Origin: Basidiobolus meristosporus CBS 931.73
Lineage: Eukaryota > Fungi > Basidiobolomycota
Assembly: GCA_002104905.1 (NCBI GenBank)
Contig: MCFE01000334.1
Coordinates: 28,588 to 92,587 of the forward strand
Length of the DNA: 64,000 nucleotides
Reading direction: 5' to 3'
The notes below the pieces were generated by a model, which searched no databases, was not told where the DNA came from, and saw nothing but the letters and a program-made list of their open reading frames with translations. The translations under genes and the position numbers were made by a program. Shown here piece by piece: positions 51,384 to 63,729 of this stretch. The stretch's first letter is position 1. Each line of letters starts with the position of its first letter.

Positions 51384-53093
51384 ATGGCGAATCCTGAACA
51401 GAAAAAAACCAAGTTCGCCATAGGCGATGACGACAACCAATCCTCCACCGAGACGCAGGTGGACGAGATGACTGAGAAGAACTCCTCAAGTTCCTCCATG
51501 GAGGTTCCTGACCAGGAGGACGTCAAGCCATTACAGCGTAACAAGACAGTGATTCAGAAAAACATTGAAGCCAAGGAGATGGTCGCCAAGTTTACCCCCA
51601 GTCGTAAAAATCGCTATGCGAAGACTGAGGCTGGTGGCGGTATTTTGACTCAGTTGCTCAAGCTTAGCATGCTTAAGACAGGTCACAAGTCTGGTCAAAC
51701 TACACCTAATCCTAGAGACTTCTTCAAAAACAGTCGCACCCATTCTGGATCCACCATCCCTCTTGCCTCCTCCAACAGAAGTAGTCTAGCCGACGACGGA
51801 TACTCCGCGTTTGCCCTGGAGGAGCAGCTGAACATCACCGCCAACATTGCCGACTTGCTACTTAAGCAGGATTATCTGATGGTTCTTTCTAAAGCGATGG
51901 TTCAATTCGGCTCGCCTGCCCATCGATTGGAGTACAATATGTCGCTAGCATCTAAAGCGTTGGAGATCGAGACTTCCTTTGCCTTTCTACCCGGGGTGGC
52001 GTTCATTTCGTTTGGGGATGCCGATACACACACCAGTGATACACACATCCTGAAAGCGGATCGTGGTTACAACATGGACAAATTAGAGCGCTCGTACGAG
52101 ATCTCTCGCCAGGTGATCTATGGGGAGCTGGAAGTGGAAGATGCTTACGAGCTTCTGGAGGACATGATGGACGAGCCCCAAATATACCCTTGGTGGATCC
52201 AAATCCTCAATTATTGTCTATGCTCATTCCTTATTTGCCCATTGGCTTTCAATGGTGATTGGATTGACGCCTTGATTAGCGGTGCTCTCGGGCTTATTGT
52301 TGGCCTCTTGAGTATCCTGGCATCCAAGATTTTCAACTACTCCAACGTGTTTGAGATCACTGCAGCAATCATCTGTTCATTCATATCCGCCGCTCTCCAC
52401 AGCAAGGCCAACTTCAACTCGGTCATGCTATCCGGTGTTACGCTCCTCCTACCTGGCCTGTCATTGACTACATCGGTGATTGAGCTTGGATCCAAAAATC
52501 TGATTTCTGGAGTTGTACGCTTGGTGTTTGCCTTGGTAAGCGCCTTCATGCTTGGGTTTGGCTTGAACATCGGTACAAAGATCTGGCAGTCTTGGGATGC
52601 TTTCGATGTCAATGGAATCAACAGCAACCCCGTCAGCCCGTGGTGGAACTTCCTATTACTCCCCCTCTTGGCGGTGAACTATTGTATTTTCCTGAACGCA
52701 TCTTTCCGTCAGTGGCCACCCATCCTGATCCTGTGTATTATTGGTTTCGTTGTTAGTTACTTTACATCCACACCGCTTGGGGCTGAAGTGAGTGCTGCCA
52801 TCTCAGCCTTTGTTGTAGCGTTCGTAGGAAATGCGTACGCGCGTATTACTCACCGATTTGGTTTTGCCGCTGTCATTGCCGCCACTATGTTGTTGGTGCC
52901 TGGAAGTATGGGTGTGAAAGGGTTCCTTGCTCTGTTCGACGACAACAAACAGTCCGGTGGAAGCAACACTGGTGGGGCGACTCTCGCTTTCCAAATGATC
53001 GTCGTCGCTCTGAGTATTGCGGTTGGTCTCTTTGTGGCCAGTTTGCTGGTGTATCCATTCGGTAAGAAGAGAACAGCCATGATGATGTTCTAA
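51384..53093 (+). CDS. PRM10: Prm10/DUF1212 (ThrE + ThrE_2 exporter-family) multipass membrane protein, 569 aa, intronless
   Basis: DYLMVLSKAMVQFGSPAHRLEYNM..FAFLPG..SFGDADTHTSDTHILK, TLLLPGLSLTTSVIELGSKNLISGVVRL and MLLVPGSMGVKG; about 10 hydrophobic segments. Confidence 0.92.
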   Translation: MANPEQKKTKFAIGDDDNQSSTETQVDEMTEKNSSSSSMEVPDQEDVKPLQRNKTVIQKNIEAKEMVAKFTPSRKNRYAKTEAGGGILTQLLKLSMLKTGHKSGQTTPNPRDFFKNSRTHSGSTIPLASSNRSSLADDGYSAFALEEQLNITANIADLLLKQDYLMVLSKAMVQFGSPAHRLEYNMSLASKALEIETSFAFLPGVAFISFGDADTHTSDTHILKADRGYNMDKLERSYEISRQVIYGELEVEDAYELLEDMMDEPQIYPWWIQILNYCLCSFLICPLAFNGDWIDALISGALGLIVGLLSILASKIFNYSNVFEITAAIICSFISAALHSKANFNSVMLSGVTLLLPGLSLTTSVIELGSKNLISGVVRLVFALVSAFMLGFGLNIGTKIWQSWDAFDVNGINSNPVSPWWNFLLLPLLAVNYCIFLNASFRQWPPILILCIIGFVVSYFTSTPLGAEVSAAISAFVVAFVGNAYARITHRFGFAAVIAATMLLVPGSMGVKGFLALFDDNKQSGGSNTGGATLAFQMIVVALSIAVGLFVASLLVYPFGKKRTAMMMF

Positions 53094-54447
53094 GGCGTCC
53101 TGACATCATTATGACCCACCGACATTGTTTCATCACCAACAAAATGGTTTCAAGTTTTCCCACACACGATACCCTAATCGCTATGATCAGCGCCCTTGTT
53201 GTGTTCAGTGTCTGAGCGTCCGTTGCCGGAATTCAGACTTCAACCAGCCAACATACTGTACTGACATATCATCTCTCCTCCCAACATCTATGTACAGAGC
53301 TTGTTTTTTCCCTATCCCTTAGTTTACGCAATTAGGAGTTACCTCATATCCCATTCGATTATCCCCACTTATCAGAGTACATTGATATTAGCTCGCAAGT
53401 AGAGCAATATCTTCACTGTATATTATGTATTACTGGCTTGAAGCGGCCATGATAACACTAGGCTCACTAATAAAATGATGAATTTCCCCTCGTAGCACAC
53501 GATCCCTACAAGCCTGGTCCATGGTAGATAGGCCAACGTCAGTCATCTCTTGGCTTCGCATCAAATCACGTGCGACCTTGCCACTTCGAAACCAATTGTA
53601 TCCGCTTAGGTGAGTAGTTCTGAATTCAAAAGTGAGGCAAATTGGACGATTGGTGATGTAACATGGAAACGCATCGGTTGTACATGATGGGGGGTTTTCA
53701 TGGGCCTTCCGGAGTAGTGGTTCTCACAGCTCTGGCCAGTGGTTAATTGAATTCGAACCACTACCAAAAGCAGCCGACTTGGGCTCCTACCTTTTGGGGC
53801 AATGTTGAGCCCAGGTTAAGATTGGATTTCATTATTCTTCATTGGTTCAGATAGAGCTCAACCAGACAAAAATCCGTGCTATTAGTATGCCTCAGTAAAC
53901 CACTAGCCATTGGCCTCAACCATCAGCAGGAGCAGGTTGGGAAATGGTGGGACAATCAAGAGTAACCGAGATGGGGAGAATCTTGCACTTTCTGTCCTCC
54001 ACTGCTCAATGGGATCAGTTTGATTTAACCGCTTTGCCCCAGCAGCACCCATCCAAATCCGGGATATAATAGCGGCAGAGGGAACAATCAGCTAAAAGAA
54101 GCAGGTTCATCTTGGAGATTGAGACTGCTCACCGATCCAGAAAGCTATCGATTTCACACCAATCGATTGCACACTCTCATTTAGTCCAATTCCCGTTTGA
54201 TATCCAAGAGCCGTATGGCCAATGACGGCTCAACTACCATCGCAATACAACCTCATGGTGGATCATATGTACCCTTTCCCAGCTAAAATAAAGTATCAGG
54301 AAAAGGCGGGTTTTATTCTTTCGGGTGTGGAATGAGGGGTCAGGTGACGGGGGATATCGCTTGTGCTCTACACACACGCTCAGAATAATACATGATAGAC
54401 AGTGGGGATATTTATCAAAGCACCAGGTATGTGTCGATATCACCTAA

Positions 54448-56168
54448 TTAGAATGTTAACAGCGCAGTCCTTCTTTTGCCTGTTGGATAGACTAATAGTG
54501 TGCTGACGAACAGTCCTACTGAGATGCTCAGCGCTATGACTATCATTTCAAAAGCTAGTCCCATTCCGTTACCATCTGGATCAAAGGCTTCGTAGACTGC
54601 ACGGACCCCTATACTGCCGGGAACCAATAGCATTATTCCGCACAGTGTAGCAGAAAATCCTGGCTCATGTGTGATACGCGAGTATATGTTTCCAATGAGC
54701 CCAAGGGAGAACGATGAGAAAGCAGCTGAGGCCGTGGGCTCCAGAATCTGTGACGAGTATCGCGAAATATTGAATGCAATCGCAGAGAGGGCCACCATCA
54801 GAGGCCACTGGCGTGGGTGAGCTTGAAGAGTGATACTATAGAAGGTAGAGAGGATTGGCAGCAAGACGAGCCTCCAGTGCTCGGAGAGCGGAGGGAGGCA
54901 CTCCATTCCGTCGGACGTGTCGCTATCTAATGCTCGCCAAAGTTGGGATCCGAACGATAGCCCAAATCCTAGCATAAACGCTACAACTAGCGAATATACC
55001 AGCCGCACCACCCCCGAAATCAGATTTCGTGCAGCCAATTCCATGACAGCGGTGGTCAGACCTAGACCTGGTAGCAGCATAGATACAGACGCCATGATGA
55101 CCGATTGGTAACAGACTTTGTGACGAAAACCAGTGGCCACAAGGGAAGTCAAAACCGCAGCAGAGATTTCAAATACGTTGGCATAGTTGAAAAGTTTCTT
55201 GGAGAATTCGTGGAGCACCCCAATGGCAGTGCCAAGAATACCACTAACTATCGCCTCCATCCAACCCCCTTGGAACGCTACTGGGGCGATCAAGAAAGAG
55301 GAGACACCAAAGACCATAATATCGCACCACCAAGGATACAGATCGTCCGATTCCATAACCTTCTCGAGGGATTCATATGCATCTTCCACCCTGATGTAGC
55401 CATAGATCACGCACTTGGATATCTTATTGACTTGATCAAGCTTGAACATATTATATCCTCGATCCACCTTGATAATATGTGTCTCACTGGTGTGTGTCTG
55501 TTCATCCCCGTATGATATCATTATGACTCCTGGTAAGAAGGCGAACGAGGACTGGACATTCAAAGCGGTAGATGCTCGACTCATGTTATCTTCAAGACGG
55601 TGTGCCGGAGACCCAAAGACAACCATGGCTTTGGATAGGAGAATGAGATAATCTTGTCGCAACAGGATATCTGCAATATAAGCAGTCGTAGCTGCCCTAG
55701 CCTCCAGTTGCTTCTCGGTAACATGGTCTTCGTCTGAGCAGCAGGTGACGCCATCCTCTCCATCAGCAGCACCTTTTAAACTTGAAGAGGCCGTTCCCAG
55801 TTTGTTCCTGTTGATGCCCTTTCTTTTGGAATCTAACTGGAGCAGGTTAAAAAGTACACCGCCTGTAGTGTTTGAACATTCTTTGGCAACCCCGGTAAAT
55901 TTATCGATGATGTTGTTCGCCTGGATATTTTTCTCTATAATGGTTTTGTTGCGCTTGAGGGGACTTATGGTCATCATAGTAGGGATGAAGCCGTTATCAA
56001 ACGCGCCATATTGGTAAGAATCTCTGGAAGTGGGTAACAAGAGCTCGCTTTCATTGGAAGGTTTTGGCTCACTACATTCCACGTCGAACAAGAGGCGATC
56101 CAGTGGTGTTGGAGTATTATGTATATGTGGATAAGAGAGAACTTTATACAGTCCAAATACAAGCTCAT
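54448..56168 (-). CDS. PRM10: Second Prm10/DUF1212 (ThrE-family) paralog, about 543 aa; probable 8-nt first exon (56168-56161) and exon 56071-54448
   Basis: Same motifs (DYLILLSKAMVVFGSPAHRLEDNM, SMLLPGLGLTTAVMELAARNLISGVVRL, LLVPGSIGVR). The first exon and intron 56160-56072 are inferred from frame restoration. Confidence 0.9.
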
Positions 56169-57391
56169 GAATTCTTACCTGTTTGCTCTCGCTCGAGGGA
56201 TCATGAAACAGTTAAACGATCAAGACGAAGAGACCAGTTCGATTTCTATGACTGAAGGTGCGTTGCCTGAGATGAACAGATAGAATGGGCAATGTAAACT
56301 ACTACAATAGCAACCGGAGTTAATGAATTTATATCACTGGACCGATGAAGGCATATTCCTCCATTCATGTCCATGTGGTCTTTGGCAAGCATGAGTGTGG
56401 CAGTGTTGATACCGACGCCCCTTTAACCTGCTCCTGATGCTTGAATGATAAGAGTATATCGAGCGCTTCTTGAAATCGGCTTTGCATACCTGTATAATGG
56501 CTAGGTGGAGGAATACAGACCCCATATCTGTATTCATGCATTGGACAGCTGAGTGTATAACCATGTGGAATATCAGCTGCCAACTACCAATGAATGAGCC
56601 CGTTTTTCACCATGTGTTCTGTCGGTGACATGGAGGGATGGTTGCACCCATATGTCATTTCCGAAAGGGTCTTACGCACTAATATAGTTCTCTGCACTGG
56701 AGCGGATTGGTAACCAACGTTACGATGATTGTGCGTTTCAGTTGAGTCTGATCCGCTCAGTGCTCGTGATCATTAACACTATCTCCCGAATATCTGGGTA
56801 GGCTAACCTGATATGGGTGGCATATGGTGAGTAAGAGGCCTGAAACGAATTCCCTGTATATTTCGCATGCATTTAGCCCTATTTACTCAACACAATCTCC
56901 TGAAATAACAATGTTGTAGTCGCATTTTCCTGCAGGATTCATTCCACTCGCCATGATGTCAAAGATGCTGCGAATCAGAGAGCATGCGCTGGGTTTGATC
57001 AACCATCTATGAACTAGTTATGTGCACTAGAATAGTATTGGGAGCAACGTTGCCATGGCAAGGTATGCATTCTGCTCGCGAGGTTATAAAATGCGTCATG
57101 CAGAATACAGGATCTTTTCTACAGGCTAAAATGCATCTTGCCATAGAGCGAGATGGAGACGGTTTGATGGATGGATTCTATACCAGTCGACAGTGGGGTG
57201 ATTTATTCAAATTATCGAAAAGAACACTTTTCAGTACAACACATATTAAGGGATGAGAACACTAAGGATACCGGCCTCAAATCGTAAATCAGTTCAAGCG
57301 TTATTAGGTGATATGGTGTGAGCAACAGCATTCGGACATTGAACAGCAGGAATGGTGGAGTAGCAGGCCAACAGTAAATGTGACGAATTAG

Positions 57392-57401
57392 TATATATAT
57401 G

Positions 57402-57433
<32 letters not shown>
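57392..57433. repeat. (TA)n microsatellite just downstream of the ankyrin/DIL gene
   Basis: TATATATATGTATATACATATATA... about 42 bp. Confidence 0.9.
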
Positions 57434-57458
57434 GAAATGTGTAATATCGAGTTTCGAT

Positions 57459-60004
57459 TTAACTGGAGCAAATATCAAGGAGTTCTGAATCCAACTCTTT
57501 CAGAAAAGAGTCTGGAAGATAGGGCGCGTACTCTTTCTCGCTCTTTCCCCAGCCATTCACCATCTCTGAGCTTGTAGGAATGGCAAAAGGAAGCAAGTGT
57601 GTGGGGTCCATAAGCTCCTCCATGACATCATCATGTGTGGCAGGTGGAACCGTTTGGCCATTTTCTTGCGTAGGCAAAGCATCAATTTCCTCTTCTCGGA
57701 CTTTTGGAGTTCGATGACCCTGGTTGTTCAGCTCCACCGACGTGCGTGAAAGGAGCGAGCACGTATCCTTCGCCACTTGAGCTAAATACTGTGTGATCTC
57801 CTCAGGAAGTACTCTCTCTCCAACTTCGTATTTGTAGTTGTTGGCAACACGATAAATCTGGAGCGAGTTTAGACTTGAGAGCTCTTTGATCGTCATGAGG
57901 AGCTCGGTTAGATCCGCCAGGCCTGAAACGCAATGTAGAAGTTGAACAATCTGGATGAGGGGCTGGAAATGTTGAATCAGGACTTGTGGAAGCCGGTTGT
58001 GGTGTACCCAATCTTCAATGGTTGATAAGTTCATACGAATTTGCATTGCTTTTGCTCTGCAACAGTAATCTTTGGTTGTCATTACGCGATTGAATAACTC
58101 GGCCGACATATAGTGGAATATCTGATTGAGCGCATAATGAATAACAGTAGGGTGGACCTCGTATGATTTCAGAACGATCAATGTTGAGGAAAGAATACAG
58201 CATACAGTTTTGGGGGTTGGAGGCTTGACGCGAGTCGATGTTCCACTGGTAGATGTCCGATTCTTTCGCCTAATGGAGAATCTATTGGTGCGAGGTGATG
58301 GAGGGGGTGTGAAGATCTTCTTCCCAGTAAAGAGGAAATTTCGCTTTTCTCCTACAAACTTGATATCCTCCATACCAGGAAGAGGGTCATACACCAGCAT
58401 AGCCGGCTCCAATACCTCCTCGATGCGTTGAGTAGCATTCTTAACAAAACTCTGATAGAGGTCGTGAATCAGCTCGGAGAGACTCAGCTGGAACTCCACC
58501 GTAGCAGTCACAAGCTCAACATCCTTCTTCAAGTAATATAGTAGTAGTGTACAGTTAGAGAGCCAGAAAGCTAGCATGGACATATCCTGGCGGTTTTGCT
58601 ACAACAAAAGTGTTAATACGCTTTACAGCGTCGTCTGGAGGCGATATCGGCAGTACCTTCACTACATCGACAATCCGCTCGAAAGACCGATTCAACAGGG
58701 CTTCAAGAAGATCTGGTCCGGCCAGGTGTACACCATAACGAGCAGCCAAAAATAATGCGTTTGCCGAGATGAATTTGCTCTCTCGAGAATAGAGTGGCTT
58801 CATATTTGTGATGATCTTTGCCAAGAGATAATCTAAACTTTCGTGCGTATACACAAACATTTGATCCGGCTGTATCTCCTCCCAACAGAACTCTGCCTCA
58901 TCGTCAAAGTACTATCATAGAAGATGGCATCTGTTAAGTAATGCACTCGTTCCGATGAAATATGATGCTTACTTTGTAATCACTGAACCGGAAATCCGTC
59001 AAATCCGCATCATTTCCTTTGGCCTGGTCTAAAGCCATTTTATATAGTATATCGCTTTCAGAAATGACGCTTTCAATGTCCGCGCGTGAGTAGGTATAAT
59101 AACCGCTCTCTCGATTGCTTCCCGAGCTGTTGTGACCATCGCGAGGATCAGTCAGAATTTCGAAGATTCTTTGATTCTCGAACTTCTCGTTGTCCAGCGC
59201 ATGGTTTACAAAATCCATTACTGTCCGGCCTTTAGATGATTTGGAAGAGGTAGAGGCGCCGTGATCAATCAGTGTTGCTACTATACCATCATGATGATTG
59301 TTCGTAGCCCACATTAAGGCAGTCCAGCCAGCTAGATTGAAATTTCAGAGTATTATGAGTCAGCTTTTTCTTCTGATAGGGTGAAAAGATAGTCACTAGC
59401 TTGGCATACATTTGTCTTGAGCGTTTGGATCAGCCCCAGCTTCCAGCAGACAGTAGGCCACCTCAAGATAACCCCAGCAAGCTGCATATATAAGAGGAGT
59501 CGTTCCATCCTCATCGCGCCCGTCGATATCTATGTATTCCTTGGCAACTTCTAGTAGTTTCTTCACCCTTTTCGAATCCCCATTTGAAGCAGCCCTTCGT
59601 AAAAAGCGGGTGAGCTTTTCTGTTTTCTGCTCTCGGGTGAAATAGCTCTGCGATAATATGTCTTCTTCATCTTCAAAATGGTCAGTGACAAGCGCATGGG
59701 TAGGCGACGTTGGACTAGTAGGTAGCAAGAGGCTCTCCGGCTTGCAAAGCTCATTGGGTGGCTGAATCGAGAGAGAAAGTTGCTTAAAATCTTTGTCAAC
59801 TTCCGTGCTGTTGATTGCTCCAGCACGGTAATTCCAGGGTAGTTCTTTGTAACTGTCAGAAATCTGGGCATTTACATTTGGAGATGACAGTTCACAGTCT
59901 GGCGAATATCTAGGAGTTGCTAGATCCGAAGCAGGTAACTGTACTATTTTCAATTCAGCCGGAACATTTTTCTTCTCATAGGCTCTAGGGATATCGTCAA
60001 TCAT
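57459..60004 (-). CDS. Ankyrin-repeat + dilute (DIL) domain protein, about 782 aa; exons 60004-59410, 59331-58973, 58911-58657, 58598-57459
   Basis: Ankyrin motifs DEDGTTPLIYAACWGYLEVAYCLLEAGADPN and GWTALMWA; DIL core LFNRVMTTKDYCCRAKAMQIRMNLSTIEDW..PLIQIVQLL. Three GT-AG introns (78, 61, 58 nt) keep the frame. Confidence 0.9.
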
Positions 60005-61231
60005 CTAATCACTCTAGTAGCTGAATGTAATGGATTATATACTTCGGCGCTATATAGGTTTACTTCACTCGGTAAAGTTAAAAGGCTACTCTGAAGCTGT
60101 GGAACCACAGGCCAACTTATTAATAGCTAATTGGACTTAAAGCTATATCCACCCTATTATGTCGTGAGCCAATGAGCACTGTATGGAGCATTGAGACAAT
60201 AATAACTACCGCGATTAGTCATTGGTCGTTGTTAATTCCTTGCGTATCCAATATACACCATTATATAATGATGGGTAAGCTTGTGTTCACCATGCACCCA
60301 ACATTCTCCTCACTCAGCCCCGTTGGTGAATGGCCAACTTGAGCAAAATTCCCATTCCTATGCTGGCCGATATTCCAGTGCCTGAGCCATGAAGCAACAG
60401 AGGCTACTGGTCCAAGGGCCACATTTGCCATCCTTGAGCTTTGAACTTCATGTTGGAGGAGCGAAGCGTTCATCATTGGACTAGCAAGGCAGCGATAGGA
60501 CTCGTGCTGACTTCGATTTTCTAGATTGACACACTGATACCAGAAATCTGTATTGTGGATAGTAACCTCAACTGGATATCCGGAAATTTTTACCCAGCTT
60601 GTCCAAGCATGTCGGTTTTAGGATTGGAGCTTGCTTGATATTGTATTCGTCCCTCATGAGCTCATTTCATTGTGATACAGAATCCAAGTCTTGGTTCATT
60701 ATGCGCAGGGCTCAGATTTGTCACATTCACGTCGTCATAAAAGGAGTGCACTGCTGGCTGTTACAACCCCTTCGCCTTTTATCATGTCGACTAGATTGTA
60801 TTTTGGAGGCCTGCGATCCCATGCAGCAGGCGTATTCATGACAAACCAGCCTCCAGGGGTAGTTCAAAGTCTCTTTTGTAAGAAACCCCGGGTTATCTTG
60901 GTTCTTATGTATTCGAGATAACGCCAACTGGGCGACAATGCCATGTCTTGATTGAGCTGTGTTGGGGCTCAGTGGTCCGATGCAGCATTTATATAACCAC
61001 TATTGGACAAGTACTCCTCACAAGTTGAGCGTTGCCAATGACTCCCCCCTTCACGCACCATCAAGCCCAAGTTCAATTACATTTATTATCCAGATTGATA
61101 TTGGAAGCAATCATGTCACAGACAATTATACGATTCTAGAATCAAGCTAATAACCTAGCCATGGATGCAGCAAGTTAATCTTGTGGAATTGCAGCACGCA
61201 ATACAGTGGATATCTATCGTCATTATTTCGC

Positions 61232-61981
61232 TCACACATGATGTAGATTGAGTCGGTAATTGACACCATCAATTCCATACATAAGCTTAACCCTGCTTTC
61301 TTCTTTCCATCCAAAGCGTTCATAAAGCTTCATAGCCCCATGCTGCATCTCACTGGTCATCAAATGAACATTTGTAGCTCCTCTTTCTTTCGCCCAGTCT
61401 AGCAGAGTTTGAATAAGCAGTTGTGCGATTCCCATTCTGCGGTGTTGCGATGACACAATCATCCTTCTCAACTCCCAAGTCTTACTGCCGTCAGCTTGTA
61501 CTTGATAATCCAAAGCCACAAACCCCACGACCTCTTCGTCCAAGGTACAAACCCAAAATTGGCTGTCGGAAGTAGGTACAAGCTGGCGTGCTCCTCCATC
61601 GCATTCAATCTCTTCAAGTCGGTAATATTCTTTTATGTCCTTCAGATCTGCTCCCAAAGACCAAGCAATGTAGCTTTGGTATCCCCCACGGATGTGCCAA
61701 TACAGTAGCCCTATCAAAGATCCGGCCCAAGCAGCACTCCCTAGAACACCAACAATTAAGGCTCGCTTAAAGAGCCCTGATGTAGAGCTCCGAAGGAATT
61801 GGGTGCAAAGAGTTGTTGCCGCAAGTGGGCCTACACTCCCTAGTGCAACAGTTTTTGGAAGCGATACTGCCCGGCGGAAACCCAAGGATATGGGTTCTGC
61901 GATGCCTTGGGCAAAGATACGGTGGATAGCAGCTGTATCTGATGGCTGAAATGTGCGAACCTTTAGTTGATGGTTAGGCAT
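61232..61981 (-). CDS. GNAT N-acetyltransferase, NAT8/Camello-like with an internal hydrophobic segment, 249 aa
   Basis: VRTFQPSDTAAIHRIFAQG; hydrophobic 40-95 region; ELRRMIVSSQHRRMGIAQLL (acetyl-CoA motif A); LMTSEMQHGAMKLYERFGW. Confidence 0.9.
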   Translation of the reverse strand: MPNHQLKVRTFQPSDTAAIHRIFAQGIAEPISLGFRRAVSLPKTVALGSVGPLAATTLCTQFLRSSTSGLFKRALIVGVLGSAAWAGSLIGLLYWHIRGGYQSYIAWSLGADLKDIKEYYRLEEIECDGGARQLVPTSDSQFWVCTLDEEVVGFVALDYQVQADGSKTWELRRMIVSSQHRRMGIAQLLIQTLLDWAKERGATNVHLMTSEMQHGAMKLYERFGWKEESRVKLMYGIDGVNYRLNLHHV

Positions 61982-63014
61982 TAGAGACTAGGCACTAGAA
62001 CAGCTGGGTGGATGTCTGCTTAAAGAGGAAGGAAAACAACGACTTTCGTTTACTGCGAATAAGGAACTCAATCTCTCCTGTAGTTGGTGGTAGGAAAGAT
62101 TGGCTTGTGAGCCGGACAAGTACTCTGGAACTAGTTCAAGAAGAAGGATGAGCTTTTGAAATTTATTCAAGTCGAGTGATTACATCTTCCCATGGCGCGT
62201 AAATAAACCACTAATTATGGTGGAGGGGCGTGCTTCTCCGCAATTAGTAATGCAATGATCAAAACGCTATGAACTTTTCTTATCACTATCCGTTTGATTA
62301 TTAAGCAAGAGTACCAAATATATATATGTAGTCCTTCGGATGTATATGAAGCTATTTATTCAATTAAATCCATTGTGATCACTATTTACTCAGCTCTGAT
62401 CATTATGACTTGGTTAATCGGGTAGTTTGAATATATCCTTTGCCCGACCAAATACTTGAAAGATTATCTCAAAGATTGCATCATGTCCGTGACCGCAAAA
62501 GGCTATTTTTACCAAGTTTTCAATTCTAGCGTGCCAGCATTGCCGGCTGCTTCTCATTGGTTATTCCATATATCGTTCGGAGAGGAATGATTGAGATATC
62601 AATGATTTGCACATTAAGCATTTACTGGTCAATTAATGGTGTGAAGTTTTGGGCAGAGTCTCCGGAGGTGTGTATAAAATATAAGCCAAAACGTAGTTGT
62701 TGTAGCTGTTTTAAATATTACACATATACCTTGAAATTTCACTTGGGCGAATACTAGACGACAAATAGTTTGCTAGTGATTTAGTTTGTAAGATGTTAGC
62801 TAATTCCTACAATTTGTAATGGTCTGAGAGTTATTACTATGTTCAAACTTTGACTCAGAAGGGCTACTATAAAAGTGATCCAAATAGGTAGTATACAATT
62901 TTTAGGTGCCTTGTATCAAGTATTTTATTGGTGCTCAATATAGTTACAAGTTAATATCATGGAGTTCTTGTAATTGCCAAAATCTCTTCTAATACTCCCT
63001 AGAGTCTGGGAGTA

Positions 63015-63305
63015 TTCTATGAAAAATCTCAGAATTGATATTCATTGGACTTTTAGCTGGTGTTCAGCTGGTGTTTCTGATTCAAGCTTTTAATTGCAAT
63101 TTATGGTGGAAATTGTTGTAAAAATTCATATTTCCACCTAAGTATTCACCTAACTTAGTCACTTAGATCATTACCTTCAAATCCTAGAGAATACTGACTA
63201 AATTCCTTGTTGGGATTTACTTAGAATATTTACCCAGAACATGAAAATACCCTAATTAATAGCTGAGATATAAGGAGTTGCAATTTTGAGGAAAGTTGGA
63301 ACTCA
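63015..63305. mobile_element. Left-end fragment of the CACTA family containing a copia LTR fragment (63114 to about 63250)
   Basis: TTCTATGAAAAATCTC matches CCCTATGAAAAATCTC with C-to-T changes. Downstream sequence aligns with 32141-32420; TGTTGTAAAAATTC...ACATGAAAAT aligns with 9824-9975. Confidence 0.7.
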
Positions 63306-63311
63306 GGGTTA

Positions 63312-63593
63312 GGGGGGAAACAGTCACCAACAGGTGAAATCTTTATTTCAGTTGAAACAATGAAGCAAGTACTACTGTTGTAGCTTTGATACAAGAGTGT
63401 GTAGCTGAGGGGAATTTAGGGGAGGGAAAGTCACCAAGGTAGGTGAAATCTTTATTTGATTTCAGACAAGTCTATCTACAAATAGGGGGGGGGAGACAGT
63501 CACCAACAGGTGAAATCTTTATTTCAGTTGAAACAAAGAAGCCAGCACTACTGTTGTAGCTTTTATACAAGAGTGTGTAGCTGAGGTGAATTT
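63312..63593. repeat. Telomere-associated tandem repeat (about 176-bp period; about 105-bp unit twice plus a partial core)
   Basis: G-run + CAGTCACCAACAGGTGAAATCTTTATTTCAGTTGAAACAA at 63321 and 63497; partial core at about 63428. Confidence 0.85.
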
Positions 63594-63729
63594 GTAGGTA
63601 AGTTAATAAGAAGTGATGATAGTTCTTCCGTGCTCAAGACACTGTTCAGTGGGAAGGAGGGTAGCAAGAGAGGTAAGTATGACTTGTGAACAACATTAAT
63701 GAGAGGAATGTGATAAGGATTGATATTCA

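Noticed and set aside
53714-53764. 10-bp inverted repeat GTAGTGGTTC...GAACCACTAC
   Set aside because: Expected by chance in 64 kb; no tRNA or ncRNA fold or TSD.
62991-63016. 9-bp stem hairpin resembling a Helitron 3' end
   Set aside because: No CTRR terminus at the expected spacing and no Rep/helicase remnant; it abuts the CACTA TIR.
63312-63593. Repeat-spacer-like array near the telomere
   Set aside because: The units are long imperfect tandem duplications without unique equal-length spacers; not CRISPR.
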